Source: Nitrospirota bacterium (GTDB lineage: Bacteria > Nitrospirota > JACRHJ01). From it: 64,000 nt of DNA. How positions within the stretch are numbered: position 1 is the first letter of the stretch; each line of letters begins with the position of its first letter. Below, piece by piece: positions 10,619 to 20,627 of the stretch. The stretch lies in NCBI GenBank assembly GCA_963733375.1, contig CAVTDB010000026.1, forward strand, positions 192,001 through 256,000, given 5' to 3'. A model generated the notes under the pieces. It saw nothing but the letters and a program-made list of their open reading frames with translations. It did not search any database and was not told where the DNA came from. The position numbers and the translations under genes are program-made.

Positions 10619-10633
10619 TGATAATTATTATCA
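10619..10633. promoter_or_regulatory. Fur-box-like operator
   Basis: Perfect 7-1-7 inverted repeat TGATAAT-T-ATTATCA, preceded by an extra GATAAT hexamer. Confidence 0.75.
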
Positions 10634-10680
10634 TTTCATGATAGGATTACAGAAACTGTAATTCTAATACGCGGAGAGCC

Positions 10681-11220
10681 ATGAGAAGCGTAATGGAAAT
10701 CAAAAAGCTCAATAAAAAAAACCCGGAAAAGGCTTCAAAACCCCGGAAAAAGGTGAAGCCGAAGGTGGACCTGTCTCTGATAGAGAAGGTGCTGGAGGGA
10801 ATAGACACCAATGCCAGGGACATATTCCTGCCGGTCCTGAGGCGCACCCAGGAAGTATATGGATTTATCCCGCAGGAGGCGGTTACGGAGCTGGCGAAGC
10901 GGCTTAAAACCACCCCCGCCCATCTTTATGGGGTAGCCACTTTTTACGACCAGTTCTCGCTCGCCCCGCAGGGGAGAAACGTCATCAGGCTTTGCACGAA
11001 TATGGCCTGCAACGTGAACGGGGCGGAGACGCTCCTTGGCTTGCTGCGAAGCAAGCTGAAGCTTACAAAGGGCAATACCACCGCGGACGGCAGATATACG
11101 GTTATCGAGTCCGAGTGCATAGGCTCCTGCGGGCGGGCGCCCGCGATGATGATAAACGACGACTTTCACTACGACCTGACTCCCCAGAAGATAGAAAAGA
11201 TACTGGCGAGGTATAAATGA
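10681..11220 (+). CDS. NuoE/HoxE-like [2Fe-2S] subunit
   Basis: VATFYDQF, CTNMAC...CIGSC thioredoxin-like 2Fe-2S motif. Confidence 0.92.
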   Translation: MRSVMEIKKLNKKNPEKASKPRKKVKPKVDLSLIEKVLEGIDTNARDIFLPVLRRTQEVYGFIPQEAVTELAKRLKTTPAHLYGVATFYDQFSLAPQGRNVIRLCTNMACNVNGAETLLGLLRSKLKLTKGNTTADGRYTVIESECIGSCGRAPAMMINDDFHYDLTPQKIEKILARYK

Positions 11221-12497
11221 GCAAGGTGCTCCTTAAGAACATAGACACTCCGAACAGCCAGGACATAGACGTTTACCTCTCGTCCGGCGGATACACCGCG
11301 CTGAAGAAGGCATACTCCATGACGCCCCGCGAGGTCACGGACGAAGTAATCAAGTCCGGCCTTAAAGGCAGGGGCGGCGCGTGGTATCCGGCCGGGAAGA
11401 AATGGGAAGTAAGCCTTGACATAGACAAGAAGCCGAAGTACTTAATCGCCAACGCCGACGAGGGCGAGCCCTGCACGTTCAAGGACCGGCCCTTCCTCGA
11501 GAAGGACCCGCACATGCTGATCGAGGGCATGTTGATCGCGGCCTACGCCTTTGGCGCGGAATTCGGCTACATCTATATCCGGGGCGAATATCCGGAAGGC
11601 GCGGAGGTATTGAACGCCGCCATAAAGCAGGCCGAAAAGAGGGGCTACCTTGGGAAAAATATTCTCGGCACGGCAAATAATTTTGAGTTGAAGGTTTACA
11701 GGGGCGCGGGCTCCTACGTATGCGGAGAGGCCTCGGCGCTTATCGAGTCTTTGGAAGGCAGGCGCGGACATTACCGCACCAGGCCGCCGTACATGGCCGT
11801 CGAAGGCGCCTTCTCCATGCCGACCGTGGTGAATAACGTAGAGACCCTGGTGAACGTCCCGCATATCATAGAGCGGGGCGCGGAATGGTTTGCCGCTATA
11901 GGCTCTCCGAAATCTCCGGGCCCAAAAATATTCAGCCTGAGCGGGAATGTGGAGCGGCCCGGCCTCTACGAGCTGCCGACCGGGATTACCTTGCGCGAAC
12001 TGATTTATAAACACGGCGGGGGTATCAGGGGCGGCAAGGAACTGAAGGCCGTAATACCGGGCGGTCTCGCTACTTCCGCGCTGACAAAAGAGCATCTGGA
12101 CGTCAGGATGGACGTGGACTCGCTCCGGGCGGTCGGGACTTCCATAGGCTCCGGCTCGGTCACCGTCATGGATGAGGACGTCTGCATGGTCCATGCGGCG
12201 AGACGGGCCGCGAAGTTCTTCTCTCACGAGTCCTGCGGCAAGTGCGCCCCGTGCAGGGAAGGCACCAAAAGGATGCACGAGCTTTTAATAAAGATAACGG
12301 ACGGGAAGGGCAAAGAGTCCGACCTGGAGCTTATGCGCGAACTGGGCGAGACGGTCCAGGGGACGGCGCTCTGCGGCCTGGGCGAGAGCTGCGCGAACTT
12401 CATCCTGTCCACCCTGAAATATTTCAGGCATGAATATATGATGCATATAAAGGAAAAGGCCTGCCCGGAGAAGTCATGCAAGGCCCTGGCGGTTTAA
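11217..12497 (+). CDS. NuoF/HoxF-like FMN/NAD-binding subunit
   Basis: SGLKGRGGA, NADEGEP, GAGSYVCGEASAL, ESCGKCAPCREG...C. Confidence 0.94.
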   Translation: MSKVLLKNIDTPNSQDIDVYLSSGGYTALKKAYSMTPREVTDEVIKSGLKGRGGAWYPAGKKWEVSLDIDKKPKYLIANADEGEPCTFKDRPFLEKDPHMLIEGMLIAAYAFGAEFGYIYIRGEYPEGAEVLNAAIKQAEKRGYLGKNILGTANNFELKVYRGAGSYVCGEASALIESLEGRRGHYRTRPPYMAVEGAFSMPTVVNNVETLVNVPHIIERGAEWFAAIGSPKSPGPKIFSLSGNVERPGLYELPTGITLRELIYKHGGGIRGGKELKAVIPGGLATSALTKEHLDVRMDVDSLRAVGTSIGSGSVTVMDEDVCMVHAARRAAKFFSHESCGKCAPCREGTKRMHELLIKITDGKGKESDLELMRELGETVQGTALCGLGESCANFILSTLKYFRHEYMMHIKEKACPEKSCKALAV

Positions 12498-12513
12498 GCC
12501 TTAAGGAGAGGCG

Positions 12514-13278
12514 ATGCACGAACTGATAATCGACGGAAAACCGGTTGCCTTTAATTCCGGTGAGACCATCCTCCAGGCGGCGAAGAAGGCCGGGATCTAC
12601 ATCCCGACGCTCTGCTGGGACGAAAGGCTGAAACCATCCGGCGCGTGCAGGATGTGCGTCGTGGAGGTGGAAGGCAGCCACAGGCTTGCCGCCGCCTGCC
12701 ACACGCCCGCGAGGAGCGGCTGGGTGGTGCATACGGCCTCGCAGAAGGTGCACGAGGCAAGGAAGCTCATAGTCGAGCTGATGCTGGCGTCGCACCCGGG
12801 CGAGGAGGAATGCTCCGACTGCGTGAAATGCGGCAGCTGCGTGCTCCAGAGCTGGGCTTACGCGTACGGCCTCCGGGAGCCGGCGATGCCGATGACCTGC
12901 CGCCACTGCGAGAAGCCATATTGCAAGGAAGTCTGCCAGAGCGGCGCGATAATAAAAAAGGGCAATGTCGTCTTTATCGATTATAAAAAATGCAACGGTT
13001 GCAGAGAGTGCGCGATGGTCTGCCCGTCCGGGATAATCATGTGGGACGGCAAGAAGATGACCGTCCGCAAATGCGACCTCTGCATAGATGAAACTTCCAA
13101 AGGCGGTCTGCCCGCCTGCGCCAGCGTCTGCCCGTCCGGTGCCCTGGAATTTGACGACATGGATGTCATAACGGGCCGGAAAAAGAAAAAGGCCGCGGAA
13201 AAAATCCGCACGGCGGCATTGGCAGGAAACTCCAAAAGAGGACAGGTAACGAGGGGACCGCATAGATGGCGAAAGTGA
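12514..13278 (+). CDS. Chimeric Fe-S protein: NuoG/FdhA N-terminal [2Fe-2S]+His-Cys3 domains fused to the C-terminal three Cys motifs of a HycB/HydN-type ferredoxin
   Basis: IPTLC..GACRMC..AC; HP..C..C.....C; then CRHC..PYC...C, CNGCRECAMVCP, KCDLC..PACASVCP. Confidence 0.85.
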   Translation: MHELIIDGKPVAFNSGETILQAAKKAGIYIPTLCWDERLKPSGACRMCVVEVEGSHRLAAACHTPARSGWVVHTASQKVHEARKLIVELMLASHPGEEECSDCVKCGSCVLQSWAYAYGLREPAMPMTCRHCEKPYCKEVCQSGAIIKKGNVVFIDYKKCNGCRECAMVCPSGIIMWDGKKMTVRKCDLCIDETSKGGLPACASVCPSGALEFDDMDVITGRKKKKAAEKIRTAALAGNSKRGQVTRGPHRWRK

Positions 13279-15748
13279 ACAAAGTTCTTTTTACGCACCC
13301 GGATAAATGCATAAACTGCAAGACCTGCGAAGACGCCTGCGCCGAGGCCCACGACGGCATATCCAATATCGAAGTGGTGGCCTTCCCGAAAAAAGGCAGG
13401 TTCGGCGGCGAGAACCACAAATATGAAACCGTCCTCACCGACCCCTTCATAGTCAGGGACAACAACAAGTGCGTGATGTGCGGCAAGTGCGTCCGCATCT
13501 GCCAGGAGGTCGAGGGCAGGGGAGTCCTGACGCTGTCCAACCGCGGTTTCGGGACAAAGGTGGAGCCCGCGTTCAACCTGCCGCTTAAAGAGACCGGCTG
13601 CAGTTTCTGCGGCCACTGCGTCTCCGTCTGTCCGGTCGGCGCCCTTGTCGAGAAAGATACATTTACAAAGGACCGTACCTGGCGCGATTTCCTGCTGAAG
13701 AAGACGGAGACCACCTGCGCGTACTGCGGCTGCGGCTGCGTTATGGAGATAAATTCCAAGGACGGGGTCATAGCCAAGATAACGTCGCTCCGTCGGCAAG
13801 GGTTCCAACAACGGGAGCCTGTGCGTCAAGGGGCGTTTCGGGTATGAGTTCGTGAACAGCCCGGACAGGCTCAAAATACCGCTCATCCGCACCAGTTCGA
13901 AAAAAGCCGCGCCGAAATTCCGGCAGGCGTCATGGGGCGAGGTCCTGAAGCTTATAGCGAAAAAGTTTTCCGCCGCAAAGAAGAAAAATCCCGATTCGTT
14001 CGCCGCGCTCTCATCCGCCCGCTGCACCAACGAAGAGAACTATATCTTTCAGAAGTTCGCCCGCATGGGGATGGGGACGAATAACGTCGACCACTGCGCG
14101 AGGCTCTGTCACGCGTCCACGGTAACGGGTCTCCTCGATGGCCTTCGGCAGCGGCGCTATGACGAACTCCATCGCCGACCTGGAAAATGCGGAGATAATA
14201 TTCGTCATCGGCTCCAATACCACCGAATCTCATCCCATAATCGGTCTTCGGATAAAGAAGGCCGTGCGGGAGCGGGGCGCGAAGGTTATACTCTGCGACC
14301 CGAGGAAGATTGAGCTTGCCGATTACGCATCTATATGGATGAGGCAGAAGCCCGGCACGGACGTTGCCCTGCTTAACGGGTTGATGAACGTCATCGTCCA
14401 CCAGCACCACCAGAAGCACAGGTCGTTCATAAAAGACCGGACGGAAAATTACGAAGAATTTTATAACTCGATAAAGGATTTCACTCCGGAGATGGCATCC
14501 GAAATTACCGGAGTCCCTGCCGAGCAGATCCGCAATGCCGGGACCATGCTTGCGCGTTCAAATGCCGCGTGCTTCGTCTATTCCATGGGCATCACCCAGC
14601 ACACGACCGGCGTTGACAACGTCCTCTCCGTGGCTAATATCGCAATGCTTACCGGCAACATCGGCAGGACCGGGACGGGAGTCTATCCGCTCCGGGGCCA
14701 GAACAACGTGCAGGGCGCATGCGACATGGGCGCGCTCCCTAACGTTTATCCCGGATACCAGAACGTCGCGGATGCGGCGGCGAGGGAAAAGTTCGAGAAG
14801 GCCTGGGGGACAAAGCTGCCCGAGGCGCCCGGCCTTACAGTCACCGAGATAATGGACGCCGTTTCGCACGGGACAATAAATACCCTGTATATCATGGGGG
14901 AGAACCCGGTGCTTTCCGACCCGGACTCAACCCATGTGAAGAAGGCGCTCAAGAAGGTGGACTTCCTGGTAGTGCAGGATATATTCCTGACCGAGACGGC
15001 GCAGCTCGCGGACGTCGTCCTGCCCGCGTTCTCATGGGCGGAGAAAGACGGCACTTTCACCAATACGGAGCGGCGCGTCCAGCTTGTCCGTTCGGCTATA
15101 CCGGCGCCGGGGGAGGCGAAGGCGGACTGGGAGATTGTAAAGCTTATCGCGGAAACGATGGGGCTCGCCGGATTTAAATTTAATGCCGCGCGCAACATAT
15201 TCCGCGAAATGGCGACCCTCACGCCTCAGTACGCCGGCATGGGACATGGGAGGCTGGAGGAGACCGGCGGACTATGCTGGCCGTGCCCGACGCCGGACCA
15301 TCCGGGGACGCCGATACTTCACACGGAGAAATTCACGCGGGGTCTCGGCAAGTTCCACGCCGTGAGTTTCAGGCCGCCCGCCGAAAACCCGGACAAGGAA
15401 TATCCCTACCTCCTTACGACCGGCAGGATACTCCAGCATTACCATACCGGCACTATGACGAGGCGCGTCGGGGGCTTAAACCATATCGTCCCGGAGGCGT
15501 TTGTCGAGATAAATCCGAAAGACGCCACAAAATTGAAGGTAGGCGAGGGAGATTTTCTGAAGGTTGCGTCGCGCCGGGGCGAGATAAAGATAAAAGCGCG
15601 GGTCACCGAGCGCGTGACAAAGGGAGTAGTATTCATACCCTTCCATTTCGCCGAGGCGTCCGCGAACGTCCTGACCTCGGCCAACGTGGACCCGCTGGCG
15701 AAGATACCGGAGTACAAAGTCAGCGCGGTAAAGATCGCGAAGGCATAA
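13266..15748 (+). CDS. fdhF: Formate dehydrogenase alpha subunit (Mo/W-bisPGD, Cys-type) with N-terminal ferredoxin motifs; apparent frameshifts at ~13790 and ~14137
   Basis: KTETTCAYCGCGC, LCVKGRFG, SSARCTNEENY, CARLCH (TGT Cys, not Sec), PLRGQNNVQGACDMG, EKDGTFTNTERR, IPEYKVSAV. Confidence 0.9.
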
Positions 15749-15768
15749 GAAAGCTGATTTCTAATTAT

Positions 15769-15800
15769 AGGGGCCGACCGCAGTGTCGGCCCTTTCTTAT
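15769..15800 (+). terminator. Intrinsic terminator after fdh operon
   Basis: AGGGCCGAC-CGCAGT-GTCGGCCCT hairpin followed by TTCTTATTT. Confidence 0.75.
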
Positions 15801-15856
15801 TTGCCGCCCCCCAAAGATTCCTTGATTACCGGTTCCATTATCTTTTAAAATAATAC

Positions 15857-16714
15857 ATGGACGAAATAGAAAAAAGAGTCCGTGACGCCCTCGATGCGGA
15901 TACGGACGGCATCGGCAAATTCCTGAAAGACCCCTCCGACAAGGTCATCCTCTCGCTGCTCGCTAACCGCAATATTAACGAGGAACACCTGGTCGTCCTG
16001 GCGAAGAGGCGAGATTTGGCCGGCGTCATCCTGGAAGCGGTGGGGGCAAGGAAATTCGGGCCGGAGGGCTACCGGGTAAAGCTCGCGCTTGTCACGAACC
16101 CGAAGACTCCGAGGCGGATGGCGCTTTCTTTCCTGAGAGATTTAAGGCTGCGGGATCTGGGGTTCGTCACGCGGAATAAGGCGATTCCCACCGAGCTCAG
16201 GCAGGCCGCGGAGGGGATAATAAAAGAGAAGCTTCCAATGCTGCCGCCGGGAATAAAAATATCCCTTGCCAGGCAGGTCTCGGAAGAGGTGGTGAAGTAC
16301 CTGCTTGCCGAGGGAAACCCGATGGTGGTAAAGGCGTGTTTTGAGAATACCATGATGAATGAGGCGGTGGCGCTGTGGGCGATAAACCATAAAAAAACGC
16401 CGCCGACCACGATAGAAAATATCTCGGCGCATCAGAAATGGTCCGCGTATAAATCCGTCAGGTTCGCGCTTTCACGGAACCCGCTTACGCCAGTTGAGCG
16501 GGCGATTGAATTCGTGCGGGGGATGAACTCGTTTGACCAGCGCTACCTGTACAATGACCCGTCGGTCCCGGCAGCCGTAAAGGTGCAGGTGGAGATAGAA
16601 CTCGAAAGGAAGGGACAGCCGCTGTTTCCGCCGAATGAGGCGGGGAGGGTGATAGGCGTGCCGGAGCCGCCGGAAGCGCCGGAAGCGCCGGAAGCGCCGG
16701 AAGAAGAGGAATAA
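15857..16714 (+). CDS. Conserved hypothetical alpha-helical repeat (LRV/DUF2336-like) protein
   Basis: Repeated LVTNPKTP / LSRNPLTP / LYNDPSVP units; acidic PEAPEA tail from a 9-bp tandem repeat. Confidence 0.65.
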   Translation: MDEIEKRVRDALDADTDGIGKFLKDPSDKVILSLLANRNINEEHLVVLAKRRDLAGVILEAVGARKFGPEGYRVKLALVTNPKTPRRMALSFLRDLRLRDLGFVTRNKAIPTELRQAAEGIIKEKLPMLPPGIKISLARQVSEEVVKYLLAEGNPMVVKACFENTMMNEAVALWAINHKKTPPTTIENISAHQKWSAYKSVRFALSRNPLTPVERAIEFVRGMNSFDQRYLYNDPSVPAAVKVQVEIELERKGQPLFPPNEAGRVIGVPEPPEAPEAPEAPEEEE

Positions 16715-16831
16715 TCTCAATCTCGGCCCAATAACCCTCCGGCCCAAAAAAGGCGACCTGAGGTGCCTCCGGACACGAACTTCGCCCCAATATCCGGCTT
16801 TAACAGTCCTGCCCCGGTGCCCCGGGCCCGG

Positions 16832-17041
16832 TTATTTTTCTACTTTATACCCTGCCTCCGCGACCGCTTCCGCCATCTTATTTGTATCGACCGCCGCTTC
16901 ATCATAAGTGACCTCGGCTGATTTCGCCTTCAGGTCCACCTTTGCGGTAGAAACTCCAGCCAGGTCCTTGAGCGCGTTCTCCACGTGCATCGCGCAGTGG
17001 CCGCAGGTCATTCCAGATACTGAAAGCTTAACCGTCTTCAT
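16832..17041 (-). CDS. copZ: CopZ-like heavy-metal chaperone (HMA domain)
   Basis: GMTCGHC motif, 69 aa, ends AGYKV. Confidence 0.88.
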   Translation of the reverse strand: MKTVKLSVSGMTCGHCAMHVENALKDLAGVSTAKVDLKAKSAEVTYDEAAVDTNKMAEAVAEAGYKVEK

Positions 17042-17044
17042 ATA

Positions 17045-17776
17045 TCAGACTCCGATTTTAAGATAATGCATTATATTGCCGGAAAGGGACTCGAACTGCC
17101 CGAAGAACATAAGCGCGCCCACGGAAATAAGGAGCAGGGCGGTCGCGACTTCTATAATCCTGAAGTGGTGTTTTACGCGGTTAAAGAGGGGCATGAAGAA
17201 ATTTATCGCAAGAGACGTCAGGAAAAACGGCAGCGCAAGGCCCAGCGTGTACAGTGAGAGGAGCCGTATGGCTTCCCATTGGCTCTGGGAGGAAAGGCCC
17301 ATGCCGACAATGGAAGCGAGTATAGGCCCGACGCAGGGCGTCCACCCTGCGGAGAAGGCTATGCCGACGATGAACGAGCCGAGATAGCCGGAGGGAATTT
17401 TGTGGATATGGGCCCGCTTCTCCTTGTACAGCCATTTCAATTTGAATACGCCCAGGAAATGCAGCCCGAACAAAAAGATCAATACCCCGCCAATCTTCCC
17501 GACAAGACTCCTGTGTTCCCTGAGCGCCCCGGAGAGAAGGGTGGTCCCCGCGCCGAAAACGACTATAAAAATAAAGGCGAACCCGGCGATGAAACAAAGA
17601 GTCTTCAGCACCACCCTGCGCTGGGCCGATTTTCCAAGGTTACTCTGGTACTCCTGTATGGACATCCCTGTGATGTATGAGAGGTAAGCCGGAATAAGCG
17701 GCAGGACGCAAGGCGAAAAAAAAGACAGAAGTCCCGCGGAAAAGGCCATCAGGTAAGTGACCCCATACGTGAACAT
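17045..17776 (-). CDS. ccdA: Cytochrome c biogenesis / thiol-disulfide transporter CcdA
   Basis: FFSPCVLPLIP and GWTPCVGPIL motifs, 6 TM. Confidence 0.93.
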   Translation of the reverse strand: MFTYGVTYLMAFSAGLLSFFSPCVLPLIPAYLSYITGMSIQEYQSNLGKSAQRRVVLKTLCFIAGFAFIFIVVFGAGTTLLSGALREHRSLVGKIGGVLIFLFGLHFLGVFKLKWLYKEKRAHIHKIPSGYLGSFIVGIAFSAGWTPCVGPILASIVGMGLSSQSQWEAIRLLSLYTLGLALPFFLTSLAINFFMPLFNRVKHHFRIIEVATALLLISVGALMFFGQFESLSGNIMHYLKIGV

Positions 17777-17781
17777 CTATT

Positions 17782-18372
17782 TTATTTCGCCCCTTTCGAG
17801 ACGTAGTCGTCCCACGTCATATCCTTGTATTTTCCGGTCTTTACGAACTGCAGGTATTTGAGAAACTCGTCCGGCGCAAGGTAGCCGTTCAGCACGGCGG
17901 CCTTGTTCCCGTCCTTGTCCAGAAAATATACGGTGGGATAGCTCGCTACCTTGTACTTGTCCGCAAGCTCGGACATGGTTATCTGGCGCATCTCGTAGGT
18001 CACTTTATTCTTCGACTCGGAATCCACCTTCACCGGCACGAAGTCCGCGTTTAAAGCCTGGGCCACCTTAGGGTCGGAATAAGTGGTTTTGTCGAGTTCC
18101 TTGCACCACTTGCACCACTGGGCAAAGAAATCCACCATCACGAATTTATTCTCTTTCCTGGCCTTCACGAGCGCATCGTCGTATGAAGACCACTGGACCG
18201 TATTCTTCTCCGCCTCCGCCTCATTTACGGCCTCCTGGTGGAGGTCTTTCACCGGATTTGCCTTCTGCTCCACTTCGGACTTGTCTACCGCTCCAGCGCA
18301 CGAGGGCAGGACAAGAGCCGCCAGCAGAAGAGCGAATAAAACTGCCGTCTTAACCGCCGAATGGTGACGCAT
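17782..18372 (-). CDS. Exported thioredoxin-fold (SoxW/DsbD-gamma-like) lipoprotein
   Basis: Lipobox-like LPSC, WCKWC active site, YPT cis-Pro. Confidence 0.85.
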   Translation of the reverse strand: MRHHSAVKTAVLFALLLAALVLPSCAGAVDKSEVEQKANPVKDLHQEAVNEAEAEKNTVQWSSYDDALVKARKENKFVMVDFFAQWCKWCKELDKTTYSDPKVAQALNADFVPVKVDSESKNKVTYEMRQITMSELADKYKVASYPTVYFLDKDGNKAAVLNGYLAPDEFLKYLQFVKTGKYKDMTWDDYVSKGAK

Positions 18373-18956
18373 TATTTTCCCCCAACAGATTTAAGGTAGT
18401 CTTCGAATTTGATACCCTTCCCGTAAGCGCCGCTCGAAATGTAAGTGAGCTTGGGCTTGAAGTCCTGAGCGGATTCGTAGCCCGGGATCTGTCCGATTTT
18501 CTGTTGTTTTCCGTCAAGGAACCAGATGCTCGGAAAGCCTGTCACGCCGAACTTTGAGGCCAGGTCCCTCTCGGTCATCGATGTGCCCTCGTACGTTACT
18601 TTGTTTTCGCCTTCCGCGTTGACCTTGATCGCTATAAAGCTGCCGTTGACAGTCTGCGCGACCCCTGCGTCTTTATAGGTCGTATCGTCGAGCAGTTTAC
18701 AATATTTGCACCAGGTGGTGTAAAAGTCGATCATGACCGGTTTTCCGGTCTTTTTTGATTCGTTGATGCCGTCGGTATAACTCATCCATTTTATAGCGCC
18801 GGCTGAAGCCGGGTCCGGCGACGGCATGGCCGCCTGCGTGTTTTCACTTGGCGCGTTTGTCTGCGCTTCCTTCTTCTGGCAACCGAACTGCAAAAATAAA
18901 AATACCGCTACCGCCGCTACCGCCGCCATTTTGAGATAGGACATTGAACCCCCCAT
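18372..18956 (-). CDS. Exported thioredoxin-fold (SoxW-like) lipoprotein, paralog of downstream gene
   Basis: FGC lipobox, WCKYC, GFPS. Confidence 0.85.
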   Translation of the reverse strand: MGGSMSYLKMAAVAAVAVFLFLQFGCQKKEAQTNAPSENTQAAMPSPDPASAGAIKWMSYTDGINESKKTGKPVMIDFYTTWCKYCKLLDDTTYKDAGVAQTVNGSFIAIKVNAEGENKVTYEGTSMTERDLASKFGVTGFPSIWFLDGKQQKIGQIPGYESAQDFKPKLTYISSGAYGKGIKFEDYLKSVGGK

Positions 18957-18995
18957 TGATTTCTTCTGGCCCCAATGATTTTCTTTTGGCCCCTT

Positions 18996-19283
18996 TTATT
19001 TCTTATTTTGCTCTTTGCCAATGTATTTGGAAGGATTCTTATCAAAAGCCTTCTTGCAGTTAGCGCTGCAGAAGTGATAGGTCTTCCCGTCGTACTTTTC
19101 CTGGTATTTCGAGTCCTTCGCGTCCATGCCGCATACCGGGTCAACCGTGGTTTCCTTCGCGGCCGCCGCTTTTTCTTCCATACCGCATGTGCCTTTGGTG
19201 CACTGTTTCGGCGCGTCCGCCCAGGCCGGCGAAAAAACCGCCGCAAGAGATATTACTGAAATGACTAGCAAAAAGTTCTTCAT
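18996..19283 (-). CDS. Exported YHS-domain protein
   Basis: Signal peptide; DPVCGM...YDGKTYHFCSANCKKAF. Confidence 0.85.
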   Translation of the reverse strand: MKNFLLVISVISLAAVFSPAWADAPKQCTKGTCGMEEKAAAAKETTVDPVCGMDAKDSKYQEKYDGKTYHFCSANCKKAFDKNPSKYIGKEQNKK

Positions 19284-19549
19284 AAAACCCTTCCTCCATT
19301 TATCTGAATATAATCAATCATGTCCTTTTTCATCCTCCCATGCGGCAAGGTCCTCCCGGAAACAGACGCGCCTCCTGTTTAGGCACCGGAAATGGGATGA
19401 GAAAGAACCTTATATGCACGCGTCAAGTATAACAATGAAAACGCGCAAACGCAATGGTTTATGTTGACTCTATTGACAAAACGGCGGCAGGAGGTTTAAA
19501 ATGCGACAGATTCCGAATTCTTTTATTAAACATGAGGGTTACAAAAAAG

Positions 19550-20627
19550 ATGATACCTGCGATAGAATGGAAGGACGGAAAAGTCTGCATGCTGGACCAG
19601 ACGAAGCTTCCCGGCGAGGTGGCTTACGTGGACTGCACGGACTATATTACCATAGCAAAGGGCATTAAGGAGCTTTGGATACGCGGCGCGCCCGCTATCG
19701 GGATTGCCGCGGCAATGGGGGTCGCGCTTGCGGCGAACGATATAGAGGCGAAGGATTTCGATAGCTTTTACCAGAAATTAATGCCTGCATGCGACCACTT
19801 AGCCGCCCAGAGGCCGACCGCCGTCAACCTCTTCTGGGCGATAGACAGGATGAAGCGCTTTGCTCTCGCGCACCGCGACGCGGGCGTAGATAAGGTAAAG
19901 GAGTTGCTGGCCCTTGAAGCCCAGAAAGTACTCGAAGAGGACGTTAAAATAAACCGCGCCATAGGGGAGTTCGGCGCGGGGTTCATCCGTGACGGTGATA
20001 CCATACTTACCCACTGCAACGCGGGTTCGCTGGCTACCGGAGGATACGGGACCGCCACCGCTCCTATCCGGGTGGCCGTGGAGCAGGGGAAAAAGATAAA
20101 GGTATTTGCGGACGAGACGAGGCCGGTGCTTCAGGGCGCCAGGCTTGACCGCCTGGGAGCTAATGCAGGACGGCATAGACGTGACCCTTATCACGGACAA
20201 TATGGCCGGCTATTTCATGAAGAAAGGCGAGATAGACCTGGCTATAGTGGGGACGGACAGGACGGTACGGAACGGGGACGTGGCGAATAAAATCGGCACT
20301 TATACCGTCGCCGTCCTTTGCAGAGAGCACGGGATACCTTTTTACGTCGCCGCGCCGACCTCGACGATAGACCTCTCCATGCCGTCCGGCGAGCACATCC
20401 CGATCGAGGAAAGGCCCCCCGGCGAAGTTACCGACATCTGCGGGAAGCTCTGCATTGCGCCTCTTGGGGTAAAGGTAAAGAACCCCGCCTTTGACGTAAC
20501 TCCGGCTAAATACATAACGGCCATTGTAACGGAGAAAGGGGCGTTCAGGCCCAGGGATATAAGGAAGCTCGGGGACGGCGGGATAGACCTGGACAAGGTC
20601 AGGATCAAGCGGGAGGGCGGTTCGTGA
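19550..20627 (+). CDS. mtnA: S-methyl-5-thioribose-1-phosphate isomerase (frameshift ~20148)
   Basis: [62 protein letters not shown]. Confidence 0.93.

Noticed and set aside
13266-15748. Selenocysteine or programmed recoding explaining the split fdh ORFs
   Set aside because: Active-site codon is TGT; breaks are frame changes like those in many other genes
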